Assembly (NCBI GenBank): GCA_963674865.2
Contig: CAXXYE010000009.1
Span: 1,248,001-1,312,000 of the forward strand
Source: Candidatus Hydrogenedentota bacterium
GTDB lineage: Bacteria; Hydrogenedentota; Hydrogenedentia; Hydrogenedentales; SLHB01
DNA length: 64,000 bases
Reading direction: 5' to 3'
Below, one piece after another: positions 20,553-30,530 of the stretch. The position numbers and the translations under genes were made by a program. Position 1 is the first letter of the stretch, and each line of letters begins with the position of its first letter. A model generated the notes under the pieces. It ran no database searches and was not told the DNA's origin. It was given only the letters and a program-made list of their open reading frames with translations.

Positions 20553-23500
20553 ATGCGTGCCAAGTTTTTCATCGTGACCTTGATTGTGGCGCTAGTGCCG
20601 GCTGTGGAGGCGCTTGCGCAGCAATCGGCAGCGGACCCCGAGGCCGTGAAGGCTCTGGTCCGCACCCTCCGAGCACCCAGCGCCACGGAGCCTCCCCTGC
20701 TCGTGACGACTGAGTCGGGATACGTCCGGTCCATCGACGCGCCGGATGGCGCGCAATTCGAGACGGATGCTTCACTGCGCAAGACCGCCGATTCTCCCGA
20801 GAAAGTCTCGACGGATTTCATGTCCGCGCACGGCGCCGCGTTTGGCATCACGAGCGCTAGAGTGGCCCTTGACGCCGACCGCTTGAGAAAGGGCGGCACG
20901 GGGGAATCCTTCGTACGTCTCCAGCAGCGTTATGGCGATGTGCCCGTGTTTGGGGCATCGGTCATCGTCCAAGTAACGGACACCAGCGGCGTGGCCTTCG
21001 TGCTCAGTGATATTCTCCGCGATACGCAGCCTCTCGACGAAGGCGTTTTGTCCGTAGAGCCGATTATTAGCGGGGCCGGCGCCCGGGAAACGGCCATTCG
21101 TTGGGCCGTCAAGGAGTCCGGTCTGGCCGCGAATGCCATCACCGCGTCAGAGCCTGATCTAATGATTCTGGCGCCGGCGGTCTTGGGCGGGTCCGGCGCG
21201 ACCTGTTTGGCTTGGCATCTGATTGTCGCGGGTCCCGAAGACGCCTCTCCTTTTGCGGAAGTGGTCTTTGTGGATGCTCACACGGGTAGCGTCACGTTCA
21301 ATTACCCCCTTACCCATGACCTCAAGTACCGGGAGGTGTATGACGCCGGGAACACCTTGAACGAACTCGCGACCTTGGCGCGGGTCGAGGGCGATCCGCC
21401 GACAGATATCGAGGAGGTCGATAAGGCCTACGACTACCTTGGCGACACGTATGACTTCTATCTGAATGAGCACGGCCGCGACAGTATCGACGGCCTAGGC
21501 ATGACGCTGGTCGCCAGCGTGCGTTTGGCGTTTGCCAATGCTTACTGGTCTTACACGCAGCGCATGCTGTTCGGCACCGGTTATGCCGTTGACGATGTCA
21601 CGGGCCACGAATTGACGCACGGCGTCACCGAGCACGAATCTAACCTGATATATTCCTACGAGTCTGGCGCCATCAACGAGGCGTTCTCTGATATGTGGGG
21701 GGAGTTCGTCGACCTTACCAACGGTGCGGGCACCGATACGGACGATGTGCGCTGGCAGATGGGAGAAGACTTGCCGGAGGGCGCGCTGCGCGACATGAAG
21801 AATCCCGCGTTTGCCGTCAACTTCTTCCCCGACGAGGGCTACCTTCAGATGCCGAGCGAATACCAAGGGGCTGGCTGGTATGAGGGCGTCTACGACTACG
21901 GCGGCGTTCACCACAACATGAGCGTGGGCACCAAGCTTGCCTACTTGCTCACTGACGGGGACACCTTCAATGGGTTCCAGATTGACGCAATGGGGATCTC
22001 TCGCGTGGCTGACTTGTTCTACGAGGTCCAGACACACCTGCTCGGCCCCGCTGCGGATTACTACGACCTTTATGCGGCCTTGAGGCGTGCCGCTCAGAAC
22101 CTCGGTCTAGCGCGGGAAGAGCGTAAGAACGTTCGGAATGCGTGTAAGGCCGTCAAGATCGCCGTGTTGAGCGACAGCGATTCAGTGTCGGCTTTCCGTG
22201 CAATGCCGCAGCTCAACACGGGCGTGGTGGGACTGCGGTTGCAGCCAGCCGCTTCGAGCGCGTTCCAGGAATATCGCGTCTTGCGCAAAGAGAGCGAGTT
22301 CCCTGTCGACGAAAGCGATGGGACGCTCATCTACTCGGGTCTAGCTGAGACCTGGTTCGATGGCGAAAGCCCTAACCCGCTTTCAATTGGCGCGGACTAC
22401 TTCTACGGCCTCTTCGCTATGAGTTCTGTCGACAGTATATACAGTAGCGCGAAGGCGTATACGTTGGTGGCGACGGGTGAGGCGTTTGCGCGGGTGGTAG
22501 TGGGAGAAGACGTACCTGATTTCTGTACGGAAGCTTTCCAGGCAGGCACCGACCTGTCCCACACCCAGATCACCTTCTATCACGAAGGCATCAGCCCTGA
22601 AGCCTTTGAATCAGGCTGGCCCGAGTCGTACATCGGCTACGAGACTTACTCGGGCTATGTTACGAAGAACGTTTTCACTTTCCCTGTTGCAAAGCAAGGC
22701 TCCATACGCGTACCGATGACCGATGAGAGCACCGTCGCAGTGGACCTCGACAGGAATGTACCGTACTTTGGGGGACTTTACGATAGAGTCTACCTGTCCG
22801 CTAACGGCTACATGGCCTTTGAGCCCGTTCCTACCAGCGAGTATGCATTGTGGGAGGGACAGGCACCGTCACTCGCGGCCCACTTCAATACGCGTCGGAT
22901 CTCTTTCCTATTCGCCGACTTGCTGCCGTCCAGCGGTGGCGAGGTCTGGTATAAGCTGCTTGCGGACAGGGCTGTCTTCACGTTCGAGCAAGTGCCGGAA
23001 TGGGGCGCCACGTTGAGGAATTCCGTGCAGCTCGAGTTGTTCTACAGCGGCAAGATTCGCATTACTTACGGCGAGGTATACGCGGAGAACGCCGTTTGCG
23101 GGCTGTCGGACGGCCGGGGTGTGCCGATCGATCCGTTCACGGACCTGGTGCTCAAGTCTGATCTGTCCGACTTCGATGTGCCTTCCGAACTCCTGCTCGA
23201 GCCAATCCCCATTCAATACGCGAGCGAGAACGAAGAGGTGACGTTCGAGGTCGTATCAACTTCATTGGTGGGCACTCCCGTACTCACGGTTTCAGGCCTG
23301 CCCTGGGGGGCGGACTTCACCGATCATGGCGACGGTACCGGGACGTTTAGCTGGCAGACTGGCTCGAGCAGTGCCGGCAGTTACACCATGACGTTCACCG
23401 CCTTCGCCGGTACCAAACAGGTGTTTCAATATGCCTCTGTCGTTGTCTATAACGTCGCGTCGCTTCCTATAGCGTCCAATCTGAAGATCCGTACCAATCC

Positions 23501-24224
23501 CGATGACGGTACCCCGGATGTGGACCGCGGAGTTAGCACAACTGCTCAGTTGGAAGCGGAGTACGAGTTCTCGTCAAAGCTTGACACCTACTCGGGAAAG
23601 ATCAGCGAGGGGGCGTCATCTATCCAGTGGTTCCGCAACAGCGCACTCGTCACAGGCCTGACAGACCAGACGGTCATCCCGCCTTCTGTTACGCAGCCGG
23701 GTGAGGTGTGGTTTTTCACGGTGGTTCCGCGTTCCTTTCTGGGTCTTTCTGGGTCGGTTGCTCAGTCTCCAAGGGTTACCATTCTCGCGACGCCCGTGGT
23801 GAACTCCATCACGCCTGATGAAGGGCCCGCAACAGGCGGGACGACAGTGACGCTCCTTGGCGAGTTCCTGTCGTACCCCAAAGAGATCATGTTCGGAAGC
23901 GTCCCCGCCCGCAGTATCCGCTCGCTCGGTGACACGGGCATACAGGTTGTCTCGCCGGCCGTCGGTGCGCCGGGTACTGTTGATGTTACCGTGGCTACCA
24001 GCTACGGTTCCGCGACGCTCTCGGAGGCGTTCACGTTTACGGGCGTCTCGAAGGCACAGGCAGACGTCAACGCCGATGGTGTCGTGGATGCGTTGGACGT
24101 GCAAGAGGTGGTTAACGCTTTGCTCGGCGCCGACAAGGCTGCCACGAAGGCCGATATCGATGGCGACGGCTACGTGAGCGCGGCCGACGTTCAGATCGTC
24201 GTCAACGCTGCCATCAACATATAA
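20553..24224 (+). CDS. Secreted M4 (thermolysin-like) metallopeptidase with propeptide, Ig-like and IPT/TIG domains and a C-terminal dockerin
   Basis: Signal peptide, FTP/PepSY-like propeptide, NAYW, HELTH (HExxH), GAINEAFSD and GGVHHN. IPT motif ITPDEGPATGGTTVTL; duplicated DVNADG/DIDGDG Ca-loops. RBS GGAGG before ATG 20553. Confidence 0.92.
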   Translation: MRAKFFIVTLIVALVPAVEALAQQSAADPEAVKALVRTLRAPSATEPPLLVTTESGYVRSIDAPDGAQFETDASLRKTADSPEKVSTDFMSAHGAAFGITSARVALDADRLRKGGTGESFVRLQQRYGDVPVFGASVIVQVTDTSGVAFVLSDILRDTQPLDEGVLSVEPIISGAGARETAIRWAVKESGLAANAITASEPDLMILAPAVLGGSGATCLAWHLIVAGPEDASPFAEVVFVDAHTGSVTFNYPLTHDLKYREVYDAGNTLNELATLARVEGDPPTDIEEVDKAYDYLGDTYDFYLNEHGRDSIDGLGMTLVASVRLAFANAYWSYTQRMLFGTGYAVDDVTGHELTHGVTEHESNLIYSYESGAINEAFSDMWGEFVDLTNGAGTDTDDVRWQMGEDLPEGALRDMKNPAFAVNFFPDEGYLQMPSEYQGAGWYEGVYDYGGVHHNMSVGTKLAYLLTDGDTFNGFQIDAMGISRVADLFYEVQTHLLGPAADYYDLYAALRRAAQNLGLAREERKNVRNACKAVKIAVLSDSDSVSAFRAMPQLNTGVVGLRLQPAASSAFQEYRVLRKESEFPVDESDGTLIYSGLAETWFDGESPNPLSIGADYFYGLFAMSSVDSIYSSAKAYTLVATGEAFARVVVGEDVPDFCTEAFQAGTDLSHTQITFYHEGISPEAFESGWPESYIGYETYSGYVTKNVFTFPVAKQGSIRVPMTDESTVAVDLDRNVPYFGGLYDRVYLSANGYMAFEPVPTSEYALWEGQAPSLAAHFNTRRISFLFADLLPSSGGEVWYKLLADRAVFTFEQVPEWGATLRNSVQLELFYSGKIRITYGEVYAENAVCGLSDGRGVPIDPFTDLVLKSDLSDFDVPSELLLEPIPIQYASENEEVTFEVVSTSLVGTPVLTVSGLPWGADFTDHGDGTGTFSWQTGSSSAGSYTMTFTAFAGTKQVFQYASVVVYNVASLPIASNLKIRTNPDDGTPDVDRGVSTTAQLEAEYEFSSKLDTYSGKISEGASSIQWFRNSALVTGLTDQTVIPPSVTQPGEVWFFTVVPRSFLGLSGSVAQSPRVTILATPVVNSITPDEGPATGGTTVTLLGEFLSYPKEIMFGSVPARSIRSLGDTGIQVVSPAVGAPGTVDVTVATSYGSATLSEAFTFTGVSKAQADVNADGVVDALDVQEVVNALLGADKAATKADIDGDGYVSAADVQIVVNAAINI

Positions 24225-24241
24225 TCCTTGTTCACACGGTG

Positions 24242-24284
24242 CTCGCCGCCGTGCCTTTGGGCCACGGCGGCGAGTTTCATTCTT
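24242..24284 (+). terminator. Rho-independent terminator
   Basis: 12-bp stem CTCGCCGCCGTG/CACGGCGGCGAG followed by TTTCATTCTT, just after the peptidase stop. Confidence 0.7.
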
Positions 24285-24514
24285 GCCGTTTTCCGGCCTT
24301 CCAGGCGGCCTTGCCCACGATTACCGTTCCGCCCTGGATGTCTCACACGTCAACGCGTGCGCCGCGGCTTTTTCACTCACCTGTTATCCGGCATGAGGGG
24401 ACGAGGAGGTTGTGAGGCGCTCTGTCCAATGCTCCAACGCCATATCTGTGATGCGAAGTGTGTCGCACCGCACGGCGTGTGCGTAGTCTCGTCGTGCGGT
24501 GCGAGAACAGCGGA

Positions 24515-25927
24515 CTACTCCACGACTTCTGGAATGGCTGGGGCCTTATCCATGATGTACGGTAGGCGTCTGACGTGTTCGCCAGTCTTGTCGCAGAAAT
24601 AGAGGCGCGATTCCGACGGACGCCGTCCGTGACCGTCGGCCCAGAACGCGTAGAAGTCTGGATGGGCGTTAACAGGCTTTCGGACATAGGTGTGGTTGAA
24701 AAGACTCCCACGCGTGAGTTGCCGCACCTTGGCCCACGTCTGGCCTTGATCGACACTAGTCCACATTGCCACCTCGCCTCCAGGATTGAAGGGCTGGGGG
24801 CCTGGCTCCGTGGGCCCGATGACGCGCCATGTCCCGTCGGGCTCGACATGAACGCAGCCCGTGTCGTAGTTGCTGTCCGATGCGGTGATCGTGTGTATGG
24901 CCCAGTCCGTGCCCGTCCAGTGCGCCAGGCGCCATTCGCGCGGGCCGTGCCGGGGGCCGGGCTCCCATGTCCGCGCGGTAACATGCAGAATGATCGGCCG
25001 CCCCTCCTGGTCGAAATCCAGGTCTTTCATGTAGGCCAGCGTGTCCTGAGCCTCATAGTCCTTCACGAGGGCTGGGTTATCGGATGTTCCGAGGGGCAGA
25101 GTAATCACCTCGCCTGAAGCTGCTCTCCACGTTTTGCCCATGTCGTCTGTTTCGACATAGTAGAGATTCGTCCGCCAGTTCAGGCCGCTCTTTTCGGCGT
25201 CTCCGTGGAAGGCCGTTGGATGGTAGTTGAATGCGGTGCCTACCTTTTTCCCTTTTCGCCAACTCACCTGATAGTGTCCACGCTCAATGAAGGCAAGGCG
25301 CGAGCGCTCCGACCACGTGACTCCGTCGGGGCTTGTCTGCCAGAAGAGAGCCCGCCCGTCTTCGTAGCTTGTATGGAGAAACAGGAAGCCTTTACCGGGC
25401 GCGTGCCAAGGCTGCGGGTAGGAGAAGTTTGTCTCGGACAAGAGGTCGAAATCGTCCACGTCATAGGGCCTCTTGCTCTTGAAAATGAAGGCCGGACGCG
25501 CCTTGCCATGCGCGCTCACGAAGACCCAGATATGCCCCGATCCGTCCAGGCAGATAACGGGATTATCGTGCGCGTCCGCTGTCTGTTTATCCATCAGGAT
25601 GGTTGGCCTCGGCACCTGTCCCGAGGCATGGTCATAGTAAGAGACCATGGCAAGGACAATGCGCTCAGTGGGTTTCGTGCCGCCATACACGAAGAAGGTC
25701 TTACCGACTTCGGGCGCATACACCGCCATGGGCAAGTGCTTCGCGCAGTAGGTGCCGAGCCCGCCACTGTACTTGTAGACGTACTCGTCGTGCGTCTCCT
25801 GGTTGTAGTACCAGATGCCACGGTATCCCGTGTCCTTTTCGAAACTCTCCGCCGCCGCATGGCGACATGCCAGGATCCCAAACAAGAGTGTCAGAAAGCC
25901 AATTCGCAATAGCACGATTGTGGACAC
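24515..25927 (-). CDS. Secreted BNR-4 repeat (beta-propeller) protein
   Basis: Signal peptide, DAHDNPVICLDGSGHIWVF..HG, FSYP and Asp-boxes (SPDGVTW, TDDMGKTW, SVDQGQTW); GTG 25927 with RBS AAGGAGA. Confidence 0.8.
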   Translation of the reverse strand: MSTIVLLRIGFLTLLFGILACRHAAAESFEKDTGYRGIWYYNQETHDEYVYKYSGGLGTYCAKHLPMAVYAPEVGKTFFVYGGTKPTERIVLAMVSYYDHASGQVPRPTILMDKQTADAHDNPVICLDGSGHIWVFVSAHGKARPAFIFKSKRPYDVDDFDLLSETNFSYPQPWHAPGKGFLFLHTSYEDGRALFWQTSPDGVTWSERSRLAFIERGHYQVSWRKGKKVGTAFNYHPTAFHGDAEKSGLNWRTNLYYVETDDMGKTWRAASGEVITLPLGTSDNPALVKDYEAQDTLAYMKDLDFDQEGRPIILHVTARTWEPGPRHGPREWRLAHWTGTDWAIHTITASDSNYDTGCVHVEPDGTWRVIGPTEPGPQPFNPGGEVAMWTSVDQGQTWAKVRQLTRGSLFNHTYVRKPVNAHPDFYAFWADGHGRRPSESRLYFCDKTGEHVRRLPYIMDKAPAIPEVVE

Positions 25928-26193
25928 GATCTCTCCTTTCATATCACTTGCCGCGACGGCAACCTGAATTCCTACCCTCATGCTCGGGCTTTCAAACGTG
26001 CCTCAGGGCCTTATCCTACATGAAACGAAGAACCTGTATTCCGAAAAACGCCGGTGCCTTTCGCCTAGTTGACGTTGTTCCCTCCCGGAAAGGCCGGAAA
26101 GGCGTCAATCTCGGCGACGGCGGCGTGTTCCAGAAGGCTGCGGCCCGAAGGCCGCTGACCTGCTCTTCACGCATGGCCGCCGTCCGTTGCCGA

Positions 26194-27774
26194 CTATCGT
26201 CCCGTTCGGCGCAGCACGGAGGCGAACGCCCGAAACTCATCGAGGTCCAAGGCGGCGGCCAGAGCGATGTATGTTGCGGCGGCGGACACCATAGGCAGGG
26301 CCACGCACATCGCGCGCGGCAGTACCGCCTCTCCGGGGAACACCTGGGCCGTCTTGAAATGGACGCCGTAGACGACGGCGGCCATCATGCCCGTGGCGAG
26401 TACCATTCGGAAGAGGGCCGCGAGGAAGTCCCTGTCCCACAAAGCGCCAAACCGGTTGGACAGAAAGAGGTAGAGCAGTAAGAAGTTGACAGTGAAGGAA
26501 ATCGTGGTGGCCAGGGCGAGGCCGCGGTATCCTAGCGGCCCTACGAGGACGCAGTTCAGGAGAATGTTGAGGAACATGCTTGATGACGCCACAATGACCG
26601 GTGTCTTCGTGTTCTTTACGGCGTAGAAGCCCGATACGGCTACCTTCACCCACGCAAAAGACAGGAGGCCCGCACCGTAGAGCCCCAGGGCGCCCGCGGC
26701 GCGGGCTGTGTCCTCGGCGGTGAACCGCCCGCCCTCAAACAACAGCCGAATGATGGGCGTCCGCAGCAGGATCAGTCCAATCATCGCAGGGAAGACGAGG
26801 AAGAAGCACTGCCGAAGTCCCTGCATAAGAGTGTGGCGGATCTCGTCGAAATCTCCCCGGGCGCCCGCGCGGGATACCGCTGGCAGCACTGCCGCCGCCA
26901 TCGCCATGCCGAACATAGACAGGGGAAGCTGAACCAGCCGGTTGGCTGTGTACAGTGCCTTGATCACCTCTGGCCCCAGCCGCAGTGCAAAGAGAGCGTC
27001 GACGAGCTTATTGACCTCCGCGGTTGCCTGGCCGAGCAACACGGGGATGAGCAGGCAGAAGGAGGCCCGGACGGCGGGGTGTCTGAGGTGGAAGTTGGGC
27101 CGCCACACGCCGATCCTACGTCCCATGGCGACGTAATTTGCCACAAGCTGTGCCGCGCCGCCCAACCATGCACCCACCACCAGAGCGTATGCCGGCTCCG
27201 AGAAGCGCTTGTGCAAGAGTAGGCACGACGCGATGAACGCCGCGTTCAACAGTACGGGGGACCACGACGGCGTCGCATAGTGCTTCGCGATGAAAAGGGG
27301 TCCCATGGCAAAGACGGCCATTCCGATGAAGAATAGGTACGGGAATATCCAGCGCGAAAGCAGAGCTGTGGTTCGCACCACGTCCGGGTCCAGTGGCGGC
27401 GTGCCGGTGAGAGCGCGCAGCACGCGGGAGCCGTACAGGAGCAGCGGAACGGCCGCGACGCCGGCCACCGTCAGGACAAGGAGGACGAGAAACATGGCCG
27501 ACATCACTGCCGACACGGCCTCTCGGTAGGCCGCCGTTGATTCCTTCTGGCGGAAGTCGGACAAGACGGGGATAAACGCCGCGTTCGCTGCTCCCTCCCC
27601 GATTAGGTCCCGGAGCATGTTCGGGAATTTCCACGCCAAGAGGAAAGGGCCAAGCGACGTCGTGTCGATGAACATGAACCAGACTTTATCGCGCACCAGG
27701 CCCAACACACGGCTCAGAAGAGTGCCTAGCGCGAATGTCGCTGTGAATCTGGACAGTTGTCTTGACTCAGCCAT
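26194..27774 (-). CDS. murJ: Lipid II flippase MurJ
   Basis: LSRVLGLVRD, FPNMLRDLIGEGA, ANRLVQLP and GFYAVKNTKTP. Confidence 0.95.
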   Translation of the reverse strand: MAESRQLSRFTATFALGTLLSRVLGLVRDKVWFMFIDTTSLGPFLLAWKFPNMLRDLIGEGAANAAFIPVLSDFRQKESTAAYREAVSAVMSAMFLVLLVLTVAGVAAVPLLLYGSRVLRALTGTPPLDPDVVRTTALLSRWIFPYLFFIGMAVFAMGPLFIAKHYATPSWSPVLLNAAFIASCLLLHKRFSEPAYALVVGAWLGGAAQLVANYVAMGRRIGVWRPNFHLRHPAVRASFCLLIPVLLGQATAEVNKLVDALFALRLGPEVIKALYTANRLVQLPLSMFGMAMAAAVLPAVSRAGARGDFDEIRHTLMQGLRQCFFLVFPAMIGLILLRTPIIRLLFEGGRFTAEDTARAAGALGLYGAGLLSFAWVKVAVSGFYAVKNTKTPVIVASSSMFLNILLNCVLVGPLGYRGLALATTISFTVNFLLLYLFLSNRFGALWDRDFLAALFRMVLATGMMAAVVYGVHFKTAQVFPGEAVLPRAMCVALPMVSAAATYIALAAALDLDEFRAFASVLRRTGR

Positions 27775-27870
27775 GATCACCACTTGAATGATGCTACATC
27801 GTCGACCACGCTCGCGGCCCGTGCAGGTTGCTCCCCCTCTTCCGCAATCGATGCCCCGCCGCCGCGTTGC

Positions 27871-29448
27871 CTAGAGATGGGCCGTCGGCACCGTCTTGGC
27901 GTGGGGTTGATAGACCACACTTGCCGCCAGCAGGATAAGCGATATCGCCGCCATAATCCACGGGAAGAACACCGGCCCATGGGGAATAAGCCGGTTCCCC
28001 GGCAGCGCTATCGGCAGGACGCCCGCTCGCCGCCGCATGATGCCATCCGCCGCAGTTGCGTCCAATCCCAGCCTGTAAAACGTGCCGTCGGCGCCAAATG
28101 TCCCTCCCGCGCAGGTGAATCGGCCCCAAGGGTCGAAGACCCCCGATATGCCGGTGTTTGCGCAGTGCACCAGCGGCAGTCGTGTCTCCACGGCTCGGAC
28201 GCGTGCGATCTCCAGTTCCTGAGGGATGGCACTGCTTGTGCCGAACCACCCAAGGTTGGTCATCACTACCAAGCAGTCGGCGCCCATACGCCGGAGTCGC
28301 TCCGACATGGGGCCGAACAGTACCTCAAAACAGATCAAAGGGCCGAATCGTCGGCTTTCGCAAGAAAACACCTTGGGTGTGTCGCCAGCCTCAATGTCGC
28401 CGATGGCGGGGATGACCTTGCCGATAAAGGGGAAGATGCTGCTGAGGGGGACGTACTCCCCGAAAGGGGCAAGATGGATCTTGTCGTAGTGGTCGACCAG
28501 TACGCCCTTGGCATCAACGAAGGCGCTCGAGTTTCGGTCGCGGCCGGACTGTCTATCCGTGCGCATGGTTCCGGTCAGCAAGGCGGCCCCCGTCTCACGT
28601 GTCATGTCTGTGACGAGGTTGAAAACGCCCGGCGAGGTAGTTGACGCCATGATGAGGCTCTCCGGCCAAACCAGCAAATCGACCTCGCCTTGTTCCGCCA
28701 GCTCGCGCGACTTATCCGCCGCACTTCGAACCATTTCCTCGGTGTAGTCTGTGTCCCATTTCATCTCAAGAGGGAAATTGGACTGAAGGACGCCCACGTG
28801 AAACAGGCGGGCGCCGTAGGTTGGGCCGCCAAGCATCATCATGCCTAAGCCGTGTGCGCCCAGCGCGATCAGGACTGCCAGCGCCGCCCGCGCAACGCGG
28901 CGCTTCGGCTCGACCGCCGTCTGAGCAACCAGCGCGTTGAAGACGATCAACACCGCCGACACGGCGGACGCCCCGCCCAGGGCCGCCCATTGAAGTAAGG
29001 GCACGTCGCTCCCCTGCGAGAATGCCAGGCAGCCCCATCCAAAGCCGGTGAGCAGCCGGGCCTGAAGCCATTCCATAGCCACCCAGAGAGGCGCGGCCGC
29101 CAGCCACGCAGGCACGCGCGGCAGGCGATTGGCCACCCACTGCCACAATCCGCCGAAGACGGCCCAGTAGGAGGCCATGAATGCGGCTAGCGCCACATAC
29201 CCCCAGATGGCCCAGCCGCCGGCCCAGTAGACATTGGCCAATAGCCACTGCAACAGAACCAGGTAGAACGTCAAGCCGGCAACGAAAAAGCGCCAGGCGC
29301 TGCTTGCGACGTCCGCGGGACGGCGCCGACAGAAGAGGGGAACCAAGGCGACCCACGCCAGTGGATAGAGATGATACGCGGGGAAGCTGAGAGCCAGTGC
29401 CGCCCCCGATGCGCATGGAAGGAAGAATGTATTAAGCGAGCGCCTCAT
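27871..29448 (-). CDS. lnt: Apolipoprotein N-acyltransferase
   Basis: N-terminal TM helices, TGFGWG, and the nitrilase triad VWPES / YDKIHLAPFGEY / LICFE. Confidence 0.95.
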   Translation of the reverse strand: MRRSLNTFFLPCASGAALALSFPAYHLYPLAWVALVPLFCRRRPADVASSAWRFFVAGLTFYLVLLQWLLANVYWAGGWAIWGYVALAAFMASYWAVFGGLWQWVANRLPRVPAWLAAAPLWVAMEWLQARLLTGFGWGCLAFSQGSDVPLLQWAALGGASAVSAVLIVFNALVAQTAVEPKRRVARAALAVLIALGAHGLGMMMLGGPTYGARLFHVGVLQSNFPLEMKWDTDYTEEMVRSAADKSRELAEQGEVDLLVWPESLIMASTTSPGVFNLVTDMTRETGAALLTGTMRTDRQSGRDRNSSAFVDAKGVLVDHYDKIHLAPFGEYVPLSSIFPFIGKVIPAIGDIEAGDTPKVFSCESRRFGPLICFEVLFGPMSERLRRMGADCLVVMTNLGWFGTSSAIPQELEIARVRAVETRLPLVHCANTGISGVFDPWGRFTCAGGTFGADGTFYRLGLDATAADGIMRRRAGVLPIALPGNRLIPHGPVFFPWIMAAISLILLAASVVYQPHAKTVPTAHL

Positions 29449-29507
29449 CCAGTGGTAGTCGTACGCGCCCCTTCTAGCCTCTTGTGGGCGGTGTCCCGGG
29501 AATGGCC

Positions 29508-30530
29508 CTACAGCTCCTGTTCGAGGGCGACAATTTCCCTGTCGATGCGGTCTCTATTGCGCCAGCCTTCTTCACGCCAGAAGTTGAGTGCACGCATTGC
29601 TCTGGGCTTGAGATCGCGCAGATCCACAACCGTGGGGGAGACAAAGATGACGAGATTGGAATTCACCGCCTCTGTATCCCGCCCGCGGAAAGGAATGCCC
29701 AATAGAGGGATGGATCCGACCAGAGGCACGCGTTGTTCATTGCGGAACACACTCCGGGTGGAAAGGCCGCCGATAACGAGTGTTTGGCCGTTGGGAACAA
29801 GTACGGTGCCGTTCTGCGATCTCTGAGAGAATACCGGCAGATCCACGCCACGGATGTTCCTGCTGATGGAGGCGTCGATCACGTCCAGTTTTCCGATGTC
29901 TAGCTTGATCAGGTTATCCGGGCGAACTTCCGGTGTTATCTCGAGATTCACGCCGACGTCTTTCCAGTCGACGTTCAGTACAGGTTCCCCTTTGTTGTTG
30001 TACTGCACATCCTGATACGGCACCTGGCTGCCGGCGTGGATCTCGGCCTTGGTCTTGTCCCTGACCAACAGCTCCGGCTTCGAGATCAGGTCGAAATCGG
30101 TGTTTTGCTCGATGCCGCGGAATACTCCGTCGATTGTTCCTCGGCCCACGTCAATAATGTCGAATTCGAGGCCGGCCCCGCCTTGCGCCTCGGTGTCGCC
30201 GCGAAGCGTATCGTCGAAGAGTGTCTGGTCAGGCTCCGGCAGCGTGACGGTGAAGCGCTCATCGCCTTCGTCGAACACCTGCGTGACAACTTGTTGTACG
30301 GACCCAGTCTGTTCCTTGCCCCGCACGAAGCGCACGTAGTTCAGGTTGGCGCCGAGACTACGAAGCCCATTCTCCGTGAATTCGCTAATCCAAATCTGAA
30401 TCTGCACCTGGGTGATGGGCGTCGTCGGTGGCGGTGGCGGGGGATCCTGCGCCGCCGCTGAGAAAAGGAGAGATATGACGCCGAGAGCGGCTATGAGCGC
30501 GATCCTATCGATACCGTTCGCGGACATCAT
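29508..30530 (-). CDS. Secretin-domain-only outer membrane protein (second gene)
   Basis: The signal peptide and a poly-Pro linker lead directly into QVQIQIWISE. Secretin motifs ISKPELLV, DVGVNLEITP and GQTLVIGGL...VPLVGSIPLLGIPFR...LVIFVSP. ATGA overlap with the upstream paralogue. Confidence 0.85.
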   Translation of the reverse strand: MMSANGIDRIALIAALGVISLLFSAAAQDPPPPPPTTPITQVQIQIWISEFTENGLRSLGANLNYVRFVRGKEQTGSVQQVVTQVFDEGDERFTVTLPEPDQTLFDDTLRGDTEAQGGAGLEFDIIDVGRGTIDGVFRGIEQNTDFDLISKPELLVRDKTKAEIHAGSQVPYQDVQYNNKGEPVLNVDWKDVGVNLEITPEVRPDNLIKLDIGKLDVIDASISRNIRGVDLPVFSQRSQNGTVLVPNGQTLVIGGLSTRSVFRNEQRVPLVGSIPLLGIPFRGRDTEAVNSNLVIFVSPTVVDLRDLKPRAMRALNFWREEGWRNRDRIDREIVALEQEL

